64,000 nucleotides of DNA from Mobula birostris (taxonomy: Eukaryota), in contig NC_092381.1 in the NCBI RefSeq assembly GCF_030028105.1, forward strand, positions 60,352,505-60,416,504. Reading direction: 5' to 3'. The translations under genes were made by a program, and so were the position numbers. Below are positions 24,521-37,778 of this stretch, one piece after another. Within the stretch, counting starts at the first letter, position 1. Each line of letters begins with the position of its first letter. The notes under the pieces were generated by a model that saw only the letters and a program-made list of their open reading frames with translations, did not search any database and was not told the DNA's origin.

Positions 24521-25687
24521 ACGTACCCAATGGCTCTGGTCCTACATCCAATTTATCTCTGTGTTGCTCCCTAATTTTGCATCTGCCCAATAAACAGCTT
24601 CACAATTTGGCTTGCATTGTGAACTGTCTCAAAACATTTCAATCTCATTGATCAAAGATATTAAAAACCAACTGCTTGGCTGGTTAGATTTTAAGGAGGG
24701 CATCAGAGGGGAAAAGAGTTTTAAAAATTTGAAATAGGAAGAGAAATCTTTCGGAGAAACTATTCCAACACTTGAGGCCTTGGTGCCTATAAAGCTGTGA
24801 CAAATGTGTGCAAACATGGCAGAATTGAAATAGCATGATCTTGAAGGTAGTGTATGAGGGTTTTTCCTTGGTGTTGGATGAAAGATTCAGTTCATCGTCA
24901 AAATCATTATAGAACCACCAGATGATGTGTCAAGGCTTTAATTACCTGGAGGCCATATTTAGCTCAAATGATTAGCGATAGGTACATTCTGATTTAGCTG
25001 ATATTAATTTGATCCTTTCTGTGGAAAATCAGTCAGCAGTTCCTTTTGACAATACAGCAGTAATTGTGAATAATGAAGAAAATTTAGACAGACATATATT
25101 TCAGTGATACCTCACACATCCAGAGCTAGTGTTCATTTATTTTATTTCTCTTTAAATTGGAATTCCCCAAATGCTTTTTTAATGTTCCTCTTGCTTCCCT
25201 TTTACTGTTTCAGTTAGTATTCAGTGCAGCCACTGTACTGTGATAATACTTTAGCCTCCTTGGGTACTTGAAAGATGCAAACTTCGCAGCAAAGCAGTAT
25301 TTCTATGTCAACAAATCCCCTCAAAGAGATGCTGGAAAAATGCCTGGCTTCTAATAGAATTAGAGTTTATTAGGAAAAGAAGAGACAATGTGGATGAAAT
25401 GCTCCCTTACACAGAGTGGTTTCCAGGGCTGCTGGGACCATGACAGTGTTAAGTGGGAAACAACTAGCTAGTCTGGAATAATGGATGTGTAAATGGTCAT
25501 AGAGTGGAGGTCTGTGTTGATCTTTAAAATACAACAATTTCTGCAGAACATTCTCTGGGCAATAAAGTACATTGGGTTCAGGTTTCTGATGTGTAAGTTG
25601 GACAATATTGATAGGAGTGAGGAATTGACTACATTTTTGTATATTAACATTGTATATATCACATGTAGATGATAAGCACATTAAAGT

Positions 25688-27885
25688 CTACAGATTCTGG
25701 AAATCCAAAGCAACACACACAAAATGCTGGAGGAACACAGAAAGCCAGGCAGCATCTATGGAAATGAATAAACTGTCGATGCTTTGGTCTGACACCCTTC
25801 TTCGGGATTGAAAAGGAAGGGGAAAGATGCCAGAATAGAAAGGTAGGGGGTGGGGGGAGGAGGGTAGCAAGAAGGTGATGGGTGAAGATAGGTTGGTAGG
25901 AAAGATAAAGAGCGAGAGAGAAGGGAATCTGATAGGAGAGGAGAGGGAACCAGACAAGGGACAGAGGAGGGAACCAAGGGGAGGTGATAGACAGGATAGA
26001 CTCAAGAAGAGTTAAGAGGCCAGTGTGGGGAATAGAAGAAAAGGAGGTGGGGGGAGAATTTTTTTTTACCAGAAGGAGAAATCTATATTCATGCCATCAG
26101 TTTGGAGGCTACCCAGAAGGAATATAAGGTGTTTCTCCTTCACCTTGCAGGTGGCCTCATCTTGGAACAAGAGGAACAGGAATGGAAGTTGAAATTAAAG
26201 TGTTTGGCCACGAGGATGTTCCGCTTTTGGCGCATGGAGCGGAGGTGCTTGATGAAGTGATTCCCCAATTTATGATGGATCTCATCAATATAGAGGAGGC
26301 TGCACTGGGAGCACCAGACACAATAGATGACCCCAGGAGATTCACACGTGAAGGTTTCCTAACCTGGAAGGACTGCCTGAGGCCCTGAATAGAAGTGATT
26401 GAGGTGGTGAAAGGGCAGGTGTAGCACTTTAGCCATCTACAGGGATAAATGTCTGCAGGGAGATTAGTGGAGAAGGATAAATTCCAAGGGAATCATGGAG
26501 GGAGCGATCCTTGTGGAAAATGGGGGGCAGGGGGTGTAAGGTAAAGATATGCCTGGTGGTAGGCATCCTAAGGAGATGGTGGAAGTTGTGGAAGATGTTG
26601 ATGTTGTGTTGGATGTGGAGGCCACAGGATGGTAGGTAAGAACAAGAGACCATAAGACATAGGAGCAGAATTAAGCTATTCAGCCCATCGGGTCCATTCC
26701 GCCATTTCATCATGGCTGATCCCGGATCTCATTCAACCCCATATACCTGCCCTCTCACCATATCCCTTGAGGCCCTGACCAATCAGTAATCTGTCAACCT
26801 GCGCTTTAAATATACCCACAGACTTGGCCACCACAGCAGTCTGTGGGGCAGCATTCCACAGATTCACTACTCCTTCGCTAAAAAATTCCTCCTTATCTCT
26901 GTTCTAAAAGACTGCCCCTCAATTCTGAGGCTGTGTCCTCTATTTCTGGATATCCCCCACCAGAGGAAACATCCTCTCCACATCCACCTTATCTAGTACT
27001 TTCAACATTCGGTAGGTTTCAATGAGATTCCCCCACATTCTTCTAAATTCCGGTGAGTACAGACCCAAAGCTGTCAAGCACTCCTCGTATGTTAACCCCT
27101 TCATTCCCGGAATCATCGTGAACTTTCTCTGGACTCTCCAATGACAACACATCCTTTCTGAGATAAGGGTCCCAAAACTGTTGGCAATACTCCAAAAGTA
27201 ACCTGCTTAGTGTTTTATAAAGATTCAGCATTATCTCCTTGTTTTTATATTCTATTCCCCTTGAAATAAATGCCAACATTGAATCTGCCTTCTCTACCAC
27301 AGACTCAATCTGTGAATTAACCTTCTGGAAGTCTTGCACGAGTTCCTTTGCACCTCTGATGTTTGAATTTTCTCCCTATTTATAGTCTGCACTATTGTTC
27401 CTTTTACCAATATGCATTATCATACATTTCTCACCGTATTCCATTTGCCACTTTTTTTGCCTATTCTTCCAATTTGTCTAAGTGCTGCATTGCTTCCTCA
27501 CCATTTCCTACCCCTGCACCAATCTTCCTATCACCTGCAAACACCATCATCACTGTTAAGGTGGTGGGAAGATGGGGTGAGCATGGATGTTTGGGAAATG
27601 GAAGAGGGCAGCATCAATGGTGGAGGAAGGGCAACCTCTTCTCTGAAGAATGAGGACATCTCTGATGCCTGGAAAGGAAAGCCTCATCCTAGGAACAGAT
27701 ACGGTGGATACAAAGGATCTGAGAAAAGGAATAACATTGTTATAGGAGACAGGGTGGGAAGAGGTATAGTCAAGATTATGGTGGGAATCGATCAGTTTAT
27801 GAAAGGTGTCGATTGACACTTTGGCTCCAGAGATGGAGACAGAGAGATCGAAATAGTGGAGAGAGGTGAGGGAGATTGAGAAAGG
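25688..27885 (-). mobile_element. Penelope-like element 3' part (RT C-terminus, GIY-YIG endonuclease, terminal region), interrupted by CR1
   Basis: DSHHNLDYTSSHPVS (ORF 27556-27819), GVIYCVWCSQCSLLYIDE..LGNHFIKH (about 26250-26335), LIFLLGSLQTDGMNIDFS (about 26075-26128), then a pyrimidine-rich tract and the terminal hammerhead-like segment. Confidence 0.88.
26647..27545 (-). mobile_element. CR1 LINE 3' portion nested in the Penelope-like element
   Basis: KADSMLAFISRGIEYK, RVQRKFTMIPGMKGL and tail accataagacatagg. Confidence 0.88.
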
Positions 27886-27929
27886 GGATGCAGATGATGC
27901 TGTTTACTCTGGTGATCTTGGGGTTATAG

Positions 27930-28200
27930 TGAGAGATTGAATAGGCTGAGTCCATTTTCCCTGGAGCAAAGGAGACTCAGGGATAACTTGATAAATGTAC
28001 ATGAAATTATGGGAGGCCTTGATAGGCTAGATAGGCAGAATTTGTTTCCCATAGTAGGGTATCTAAAACTAGAAGGCATTGATTTTTATGCGAGACAATA
28101 AGGGTTTAAAAGAGATACAAGGGACAATCTTTTCACACAGAATAGCTGGTACATATAACTGGAATGAGTTGTCAGAAGAGGTGATTGAGTCAGTGTTTTG
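27930..28200 (+). mobile_element. Old CR1 3' fragment
   Basis: RLNRLSPFSLEQRRLRDNLI-like remnant. Confidence 0.6.
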
Positions 28201-28423
28201 AGAAGTTGGTGATGAAATATTAACTCCTGCCTGAGGAGCAACTTGGATCTGCTCCATTTTGCCTACCCTGACAACAGGTCCACAGCAGATACCATCGCAT
28301 TGGCTCTTCACTCAACCCTAGAACATCTGGACAGCAAAGGTGCTTATATCAGGATGCTCTTTATTGACGACAGCTCAGCAATCAATACCATCATCCTCTC
28401 AAAACTAATCATTAAGCTTCAAG

Positions 28424-28836
28424 CAACACACAAACAAAATACTGATGGAACACAGCAGGCCAGGCAGCATCTATAGGAAGAAGTACAGTCGACATTTCAG
28501 GCTGAGACCCTTCGTCAGGACTAACTGAAAGAAGAGATAGTAAGAGATCTGAAAGTGGGAGGGGGAGTGGGAGGGGGAAATCCGAAATGATAGGAGAAGA
28601 AAGGAGGGGGAGGGATGAAGCTAAAAGCTGGAAAGTTGATTGGCAAAAGGGATGCAGAGTTGGAGAAGGGGGAGGATCATGGGACATGAGGCCCAGGGAG
28701 AAAGAAAGGGAGAGGGGAGCCCAGAGGAAGATGGAGAGCAGGCAAGGAGTGATTATGAGAGGGACAGAGAGAGAAAAAAAAGAAAGGGGGGGGGGAATAA
28801 AAATAAACAACGGATGGGGTAAGACGGGGAGGAGAA
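28424..28836 (-). mobile_element. Penelope-like terminal fragment
   Basis: Homologous to 25700-26050. Splits the Rex1 reading KLQ|DLGL. Confidence 0.85.
28486..28523 (-). ncRNA. Minimal type I hammerhead ribozyme motif (Penelope-associated), best-preserved core
   Basis: UAGUC-CUGACGA-AGGGUCUCAGCCU-GAAA-UG-UC-GACUG: stem I UAGUC/GACUG, CUGANGA box, stem II, GAAA, and a GUC cleavage triplet. Confidence 0.75.
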
Positions 28837-31494
28837 AGACCTTGGCCTCAATACTCCTTGTGCAATTGGATCCTCCATTTCCTAACTCGCAGACCCAGTC
28901 AGTTTGGATTGGAAACAAGATTTCCTCCATGATCTCCATCAGCACAGGTGCACGACAAAGCTGTGTGCTTAGCCCTTGCTCTATTCATTTTCCACTTATG
29001 ACTGTATACCTAAGCATAGCTCTGATGCCAAATTCAAGTTTGCTGGTGACACCAAATCAAAGGTGGTAATGTATCAGCATGTAGGAAGGAGACTGAAAAT
29101 CTGGCTGAGTGCCATGATGTCAACCTCCTACTCAAAGTCAGCACGACTAAGGAGCTGATTATTGACTTCAGGAGAAGGAAACCAGAGGTTCCTGAGCCAA
29201 CCCTCAATGGAAAATCAGAGGTAGAGAGAGTCTAAACTCCTTGGTGTTATTATTTTGGAGGATCTGTCCTGGATCCAGCACATGAGTGCAATTATGAAGA
29301 AAGCATGGGAACGCCTCTACTTCCTTAGGAGTTTGCAGAGATTCAGCACTACATATAAAACCTTGGGAAACTTCTACAGATGTGTAGTAGAGAGTGTAAT
29401 GACTGGTTGCATCACGGCCTGGTCTGGAAACACCAACGGCCTTGAATTGAAAACCCTGCAAAAAGTAGAGGATACAGCCCAGTCCATCATGAGTAAAGCC
29501 CTCCCCACTATTGAGCACATCTACATAAAACCTTGTTGCAGGGAAGCAGCATCCGTCATCAGGGACTCCCACCAATCAGGTCATGCTTTCTCCTCACCAC
29601 TGCCATCAGGATGAAGGTACAGGAGCTTACATCACCGGTTTCAGGAAGAGCTAATACCCCTCAATAATCAGGCTGTTGTGTCAAAGGGTTCATTTCACTC
29701 AACTTCATGTGTCCCATCATTGAAATATCCCCACAACCTATGGACTTACTTTCAAGGACTCATCATCTCATGTTCTTGATATTTATTTGTTTCTTTTTGT
29801 ATTTGCATTGTTTATTGTATTCTGCACACTGGTTGAATGCCCATATTGGTGCGGTCTTTCGGTGATTATATTATGGCTATTATTCTATAATAGATTTATT
29901 GAGTATGCCCACAAGAAAGTGAATTTCAAGGTTGTATATAGCGACATATATGTGCTTTGTTCATGCATTTACTTTGAACTTTGAAACAGTAACAACATCT
30001 GGACAAGTACTTGTGTGTGCAAGGCATGTGAAAAGCTATGGAATTAGTGCAGGGAAATAAGATTAATATAGATAAGCATGATAGTCAGCATTACACAATG
30101 GGCAGAAGAGCCTGATATTATGTTGTACAACTCTATATGACTCCTTATTGTGTTTGAGCACATTGCCTACTTGTGACCTCCAGAAACATAACCAGAGATA
30201 CAAATGGTTAGTGCTTTCCAGAAGTTGAGAAGAATTCCTGAGCATTCAAGTTGGTAAATCAGTCACGTAAAACTAAGCATCACAGACTAAAACTACTTTT
30301 TACAATCTGTCTTTGCTTACCCAGTTTAACAAGGCAACATATGAATTCTATTGATAACCACAGAACAAATAAAGAAAATCAACCAGTCTTCCCATTGCTG
30401 ACTAGCATTCAGTAATACTCTCCGTATGAACATCAGCTATGAAAGTCCAGTGGCAAACTTTGCCAACAATCCTTGTTTGGAAAGTTACAGATATACGTGG
30501 TGGCAGGAGGAAGCAGCCCGATAACACTAAACTTCAGAAATGAGATTTGACTTCAAGACAGCATTTAGCTGAGACGTCCTGGCAGAACTGAAGTATTTGG
30601 GAAATGGGTAGAATTCAGTTTGCACAAAGGACAACATTTGAGTTTACTGCTGGCTGATCTGTTTCACCTGTAGTTCAATAGGTAAGGGGATGCTGTGCCC
30701 TCACACAGCATGGCCTAATTTGCAATGAAAGCTATCAAATAACATTCGGACATGGACATGGCCAATGGACATTTCCTGTAATACATCTACAAATCACCTA
30801 CCATTTAAAGGTACTACCTTCAGATTTAACTCCCTCAACAGCCTGGGGTCATCACTAAGGGGAAACTTGATACTCTGCAAAAACAGGCTTAACTTTCCAT
30901 TTGCCATTGCCGTTCCACCATTTACAACGCACAAGCCATACGATGGGAAACTCTTTACGTGCCAGTCCCATTAGTACTTCAACATCTTAACCTTATTCAG
31001 GTATTCAAACCCCTGCCTTAAACACTTTCTCCCTTCATTTTCAGTAGTCCGTGACTCCAATGTGCAACAATAATAAAATGCAGAAACTCACTGAGAAACA
31101 AAGAATGAAATCTATTGTGACGGAAGGCTAAAGGCAGTATACGGGAACAGCATCTCAATGCAACCAGCACGCTATTCTGAACTGGAAATACACTGGATCT
31201 TTCAGTTCTGCTGCAGCAAAATTCTTCCATTCCCTGTTAAGCTGCTTCACAGCAGTAGCTTCAGTACAAGGACTGCAGTGGTTCAAGGAGGCCAAACTTC
31301 TGGAGAGCAATTAGAGTGGACAATAAAGAATAGCAACTGGAGAGATTACAATGAGTGAAGCATGCTGGGTGACCAGGATAAAAAGAGGACATGATGAGAA
31401 AAATAATTAAAATGCAGAGTATTATACTCACTGACTTTAAAAGCACCAATCGTGCTATTTAATAACTTCCAAAATGCAATAAAATTGAAGGAAC

Positions 31495-34321
31495 ATAAAA
31501 TATATCCATGCTTTTGTTTAATCACTTCATATAAAAATCTCTTAAAAGGTTTCTGAACACAATATACAATACTGTACCATACATTGTGTGAGACTCAGAA
31601 AACATTAAGGAAATCACCACCTGAAACATTGCAATGTTTAACAGACATATAAACCCATTACTCATGCAGACGTTTCAATCTGTTGAACCGTTTTTTAACA
31701 CAATTTGGACCAAAAGCTTAAAACGTATTTTAAAAGGTACTGACATCAGACTGCAATTTTTTTTTTGTGTTTTGTTGCTTTATCTTTTTAACAGTTATCC
31801 CAGACATTGCTTCATAGTTGCACATTGAATAGTTTTAAACTGGAATCTATGGTGGATTACTTCAGATAACTGAAAAACTTTAATATCTGTGACCTCTGGG
31901 TTCCATATGTCTCTTTATCACCACTGTTCAGGTTATTCTATATTACACCATTATTAAAAAAAAGGTAAAAAGGGAATTTTCACCTGAAATTTTCTACACA
32001 GCAACACCACCACTTTAAAGGCAATGTTAATGTACCTGTATAAATTAATAATTTACAGCAAACATTATACAGTATGTACATGGTATAAATACAGAGCTCT
32101 AAATAGAAAATGGATGTGTTCTAAGAATATGGTTGCAATGCTATACAAAAGATGCCCAAGCTGATGAAGAATGGCAAGACACCTAAATAAATTAAAGGAT
32201 AAAAGCATTCAAGTGAACAGTCTCTTAGTTCTACATGATACATGTAAAAAATCTAAATGCTCACCAAGGTCTCCTAATACAAACTCATGTTGCCAGAGTT
32301 TGTTCTAAAATTGTTGGTTAGAAGTAGCTGCACGTAGACAATGTTTTTCTATGACTGTTAAGATCATGAATAGGAACAATGAAAAGTGGTGCCATGGTTT
32401 CAGAGTATAAGCAAAGGAGGAAGGCATCGCCATGCTCTTCCAACGCCCTCTAACTACCCAATTATCCAGTGAAATATTACCGTTTGAAAAGACAATTTAT
32501 AATTGTGGGTGATCATACCTAACATTGGTAATGTGTGTTTGAAAAATTTTGGCCTATGGTGGATCAGGCAATATGTGTGCGCCAAAATACCAGTTTTTAA
32601 GAAGTGAAATTATGAAAATAGAGCTGAAACCTCTTCCTAATCAAAAGTTTCCATTTTGAAGAGTAAAAAGAGAAAAAAAGAAAAGATAATTTTTACTTGA
32701 TCCTGGTGATGTCATATAATTCATTTGTTAATTAAATCAAAATTAGCCCACAATTTATTTGAACTTATTAACACTGTTGGTTAATAAAAATTAACTAATA
32801 ATTTTCCAGCATATATCACTAATACAGAAACCAAAAAGAAAATGTTCTAAAGGGATTAAGAGATTTCTTTGAACTAAAAAGACTGGAATCCAAGCTGCTA
32901 AGTTACACAAGAAATCACAATTCTTAATGAAACTCGTGTCTTTCTACAAAGGTCTGAGCTTGGCACATGCATCTGCTTTGACAACCTGGAAAATGACATG
33001 ACATAACTCCCAGAACATTTCCAGCAGAAAAATTCCTTACATTTCCCAATAAACAGATCCTAATTCCCAAAGGATGTGGTGTGAATGAGTTTAAAAAATG
33101 CTAACTGACATTATGGGGATGTATCATTTTTGTGTTTTTTTTACATGTTTGATCCAAAGAAAGTTTACTGCTTCCTTTCATCTATACAATCCTAGGATTC
33201 TTTCATTATCCTAACATATGATCCAGGTATTTTCTCAGAATTAACATCAAATTAGACCAAATCTTTGGGTGGTGAGCAACTTTTCTGAAGGGTCCATGCC
33301 AGAGTGGAGTGCCCAAATTTTCTTCATTTTTCTTTCAACACATCACTCTGAGCTGGATCCAAACTCTTGCCCTGAAGGCTCAAACTTAGTGAGCCATTCA
33401 ACCTTCTCACTTGTTTTGTTAGTTTCAGGGTGAACTGTGAGTTGGAAATATTATCATTTGGTATATTTCACAGAATCAATGACTTGATATTGTGTTCAGA
33501 TCTTCAAACTTGCATTACAGAGTAAAGTTAAATTGCCTTTCCTCCTTGAAGAACTGTGGTAATGTGTAACAAGTCGGTATTTAGAATATCCCAAGAACGT
33601 TTCTTAAAAAAAGGCAGGTATAAAAAAGAAAATGTTTCTAAACCACCATAATAGTTGGGATACATTAAAAAATGTGTTTAAACTGTTTGTCCCCTTTTTA
33701 ACTTTCAAAAGTAAAGATACACCAAAGAATACACTTTATAAACAATTTACTGATAACTGGAAGATATTGCCATTTTGTCTATGATGGGAAACGGAAGACT
33801 TAATTCTCATTTGTTCATGCCACTATTCATCATATGTAGAAAAATTCTGTTAGGATTTTAGTAAATTGTGTTCACTTAAAATAAAATACTTTTGGAAGGA
33901 CAGAAACGTTTTTCAAAAGGCACACAGTCCTAAGACATCATTGACTTAACAGAGAACATTTTCCTACATGAAAAGCTATTTCATATTGTTGAGACTGGAA
34001 TGCAGTTTCAGTGTCTTGCAATACAAAATCTCTCAGTGTTGTGTCATTCATTTGCATGCTCATCCCTACTTTTGGATGGCTTGTGCCCACCAGTTTCAAA
34101 TAAACATTGCTTGTCAATAAGCCCCTACATCAAAACTTCTAAATGTTTCCACCACTATTGTCTTTCCAACCTTGGTGTCATGATAGTTCATCATCTGAAC
34201 CATAACGGCAAGCTTTCTTCAGCAAATGTCTATCTAGGATTATAAACCCATATCATAGGCTTCTTTCCTACAGATAAATTGCAAGTGTGACAATAAGCAT
34301 ATGTCCACATCTTTAGAAAAT
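31495..34321 (-). other. pde4b: Putative pde4b 3'UTR, about 2.8 kb
   Basis: AT-rich and TE-free downstream of the stop codon. AATAAA at 32754-32759, ATTAAA at 31517-31522 followed by U-rich sequence, and a Pumilio element TGTACATA at 32073-32080. The end point is inferred. Confidence 0.5.
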
Positions 34322-34711
34322 TTACGTATCTACGGGTGTTGTGTCTTCCGTGAGTGGATCTGTTTGTGCTTCTTCCATCTCTGTTTCCTGGTTCTCGGAC
34401 TCCAGTGCAACAAAGATTTTTGTTTCACAACTCTGACAGCTACTGTCCTCTTCTCCCTGACTTGTTTCCTCTTTCTCAGTTTCTTCAGAATCCTCATTTT
34501 CTTCTAGTGTGAGTTCAAATTGGAATTTTTCAGTGGAACACTGTCCTTCTTTCTCTTGCTCATCAGGGGAAGGGGATGGGCTCTGGGGTATCATGCTCTG
34601 ATACCAATTCCTATTGTCCTCCAATGTGTCTAGAATATCCTGTGCATCAGGATGAACGAGATCTGCCCACGTTTCCCACAATGGATGTGCAATGTAATCA
34701 ATGAATCCAAC
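34322..34711 (-). CDS. pde4b: pde4b last coding exon ([18 protein letters not shown]...PQSP...EKFQFELTL...TPVDT*)
   Basis: 390 nt including TAA. ERK site PQSP, FQF docking motif and C-terminal PVDT as in PDE4B. Confidence 0.96.
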   Translation of the reverse strand, partial: VGFIDYIAHPLWETWADLVHPDAQDILDTLEDNRNWYQSMIPQSPSPSPDEQEKEGQCSTEKFQFELTLEENEDSEETEKEETSQGEEDSSCQSCETKIFVALESENQETEMEEAQTDPLTEDTTPVDT

Positions 34712-35478
34712 CTGAATTAAAACAAATTAAGAACATAGATTTAAAATGTACACATGTAAAGATGGAAATATAAGTCTGTAATTTTTGAACGAGAATGCTG
34801 TCTCAGTGCTTCATTTGGAATCTATTTGAACTGGCACCACAAGGCCAAATGCATTCTTGCTTACATAAATGACCAAAGGAGGAGTAGGGAGAACAGAAAG
34901 TAATCCAGTGCACTGATTACATAAGAATAGAGACCAAGGATCAAATAAGCCTGTTCCTTTTCCATTAATCAAAGACACTTAATCCACTCTCTCACCCTAT
35001 TACAGAAAGCTCTGAAGTGATGAATGGAGTTGCGCTTCACAAGATTGTTTGCTCTTGATCTGATGTACATTAGTGACCCAGAATAGGGCATTATTTTAAT
35101 ACAGGCGACAAAAAACTTTAAAATGTAGCACACAAAATGGTGACAAAAAGTAACAGAGTTCAGGACAGCAAAGGCCCCCTATGGAAAATTGACAGACAAA
35201 AGCTGAATAAAGCATAATGAGAGAAGTGTGAAGTGGTATCTTTTTGAACAAAAGTCAATATAATTTAAATGACACAAAAAGGGTGCACAAGAGTGGCAGG
35301 CTTAATAGACAAATCTTTGAAGACAGAAGATCAATCTAATAATGCTATTTTAAAATATCAATATTTTTCAGTTTATAAATAGAGGCACAGTGCACATAAA
35401 CAAGGAAGTCAGGATAATAATAAAACTGTTCATGGACCTTTTGAACACTATTCAACAACTACAGAACTTATCACCTAC

Positions 35479-35661
35479 CTGGGATTTTTCAACTATTGCT
35501 GTGTGTTTGTCACACATTGGGCTTATTTCCATGCCTCGCTCCCGTTCTTTGTCTCCCTGGTGAAAGAATTCATCCATGATTCGATCCGTCCATTGTCTGT
35601 ACAGCTCTAGAGACTTTGTGGGATTGCTCAGATCAGCACAGTGTACCATGTTACGGAGAAC
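35479..35661 (-). CDS. pde4b: pde4b catalytic-domain exon ([24 protein letters not shown]...VEKSQ)
   Basis: 183 nt, AG acceptor and GTAGGT donor. Contains CADLSNP and the invariant Gln. VLRN, KSLELY and GDKERE are PDE4B-type. Confidence 0.96.
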
Positions 35662-35874
35662 CTGCAACCAAAATAACAGATGTTTAACCAGACTGCTGAA
35701 GATCAGTATTACAGAATTATTTTAATAATGGCATCAAAGGAGGCATATTATTCTAGCCTGTCTTTTCTACAAAGCTCGACAGCAGTGATACACTGCAAAC
35801 GCCTGTTTATTTTAATAGAAGTGAATGTGATGGTATTTTGTGACTTTTCTGACCTCTTGCTTCTGACTCACTGC

Positions 35875-36030
35875 TATCGTAAGGAGTTTGAGCAGGTTGG
35901 AACTGTGTGGGCTTCCCCTGGAGCTCGGGTTTCCTCCCATATTCTAAAGACAAACAGGTTGGTAAATTAATGGCTCGTTGGGCTGGAAGGGCCTGTTACC
36001 ATACTGTATCTCTAAATAAATTAAATTAAT
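35875..36030 (+). mobile_element. 5'-truncated V-SINE-type element
   Basis: gggtttcctcccatattctaaagac V-domain-like core and gaagggcctgttacc...tctctaaataaa tail. Confidence 0.6.
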
Positions 36031-36074
36031 TATCAGTGTACTATATTGATACTAAGGATCATAAAGTCGAAAGT

Positions 36075-36895
36075 CAGAGTCATATAGCATGGAAACAGGT
36101 CCTTTGACTCAAGTAGTCCGCTCGGACCAAGATTATAATCTAAGGTAGTTCCATTTACCCTTTCCTACTCAAGTACCTTTAAAATTTTGTTTATATGTCT
36201 CAACCACTTCCTCTGACAGCTCATTCTATGTACCAATGACTGTCTGGGTGCAATAGTTGTTCCTCCCATTCTGATTAAAGCTCTTCCCTCTCAGCTTGAG
36301 CCTAGCTTTTGATTCTCCAAACCTGGGAAAAAAGATGTTCTCATAATCACGCTCATTTTCCCACATTCCAGTGAATGAAGTCCCAACCTGCTCAACCTTT
36401 CTCCATAACTCAGTTCCTTGAGTCCTGGCAACATCTTTATAAAAATCCTCTGCGCTCTTTCCAGCTTAATAGAGTCTTTCATATAGCAGGATGATGAAAA
36501 AAAGAGCACAATATTCCAAATGTACCTCCTACGCAATATATATATATATATTTCAATCATTCTACTCAATGCCCTGACTGAAGGTCAGTGTGCCAAAAGG
36601 TCACTTTCAGGGGTTGCTTCACTTGTACTCCTGTTTCCATTGTTCTATAACACTTCCCAGGACCCTACTGTTCAGTGTGCAAGTCCCACACCCATTTGTC
36701 TTCCTGAAATGCAACGACTTGTAATTATCAAAATTAAACTCATTTGTCATTCCTCGGTCCACTTGGCCAGCTGATCAAGATCCCTCTGTAAATCCTGATA
36801 ACCATTTTTATTGTCTACAATGCCACCCATTTTAGTATCTTTCGGAAACTTACTAAGCATGCTTTATACATTCCCATCCAAATCGTTGACAGACA
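36075..36895 (-). mobile_element. Intronic CR1 3' fragment
   Basis: KLERAQRIFIKMLPGLKELSYGERLSRLGL. Confidence 0.8.
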
Positions 36896-37384
36896 GTTTG
36901 GAAGCACAGTGCTTTTTAGTTTGTACCAGGCAATTACATGTTTCAGGCTTCTTAAGATAGGACACTCAATTGAATAATCACTGAAATTCCTTGCAGACAA
37001 TACTTGTTTCCTTCACTCAGCAGGAGATGAGGTTCTGAATGGCCCATCTGCTAGCTGTTTTCTTCTTTTATTGTGCAGTGTGTAGTGGATGAATATAAAG
37101 GCACTATGGATCTTTTGTGTATGCTGCAAGGTACCCCCTGCTAATGTTGCCATATAAAGGGAGCTTTAAATAGTATAAAAACCAAGAAACCATAAGGGCA
37201 TGCATCTATTCATATTAAAACAGTTCCACAGTAGTTCTAATCTCATTTATAATAGCATGTGTGGAAATGGATGTTAAGAGAATAATGATCTCATTAGGGG
37301 TGTACCAGATGCCCTGGAAAAAATGAACAGCACCCTCAACAGCACTTCATGTAGACATTGAATGTTGTTGGTCAAGCTACACAC

Positions 37385-37507
37385 CTGAATTCTATCTGTG
37401 TAATTATCAAGTTGTAAAACACCTGAACTCGTCACTTTCTTTGTTTCCACCATGGTCTTGAGATCTGCCAGCAACGTCATATGTTTTGACATGTCTGTGG
37501 CCAACAC
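37385..37507 (-). CDS. pde4b: pde4b catalytic-domain exon ([41 protein letters not shown])
   Basis: 123 nt with AG/GT boundaries. LATDM motif and ERK KIM docking region. Confidence 0.96.
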
Positions 37508-37623
37508 CTAGAACAAAGAACAATATTGGATATTTGATCAACTATTTTAGGTTTTAGATCTCCACAGAAACAAAAAGATGCCTGTCAGTTTATAGCACCG
37601 AGTCCACAGGCCTGATTACTTAC

Positions 37624-37778
37624 AATCTCAATAACCATCTTCCTTAGCATCTGCCGCTGCTTCTTGGTAAGATTCTGAAAAATGTCACAGGAGTCCTCTT
37701 GCAGCAGTTTAAAACCTACAGCCAGATGGTGGTTTTCTAACACAGACTCATCGTTGTACATCAGTGCTAACTCGGAAT
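37624..37778 (-). CDS. pde4b: pde4b catalytic-domain exon ([18 protein letters not shown]...RKMVIEI)
   Basis: 155 nt, ttttcag acceptor, gtaagt donor. Phase 1 start matches the previous exon. Confidence 0.96.

Larger units (their letters stand above)
28230..29985 (+). mobile_element. Rex1/Babar-type LINE RT and 3' tail, interrupted by a Penelope-like fragment
   Basis: FAYPDNRSTADTI, RMLFIDDSSAINTI, STGARQSCVLSP, RLYFLRSLQRF and tail tttactttgaactttga. Confidence 0.88.

Noticed and set aside
28412-29069. ORFs of 177 aa and 160 aa as novel genes
   Set aside because: They are chimeric read-throughs of a low-complexity Penelope-like tract and Rex1 sequence.
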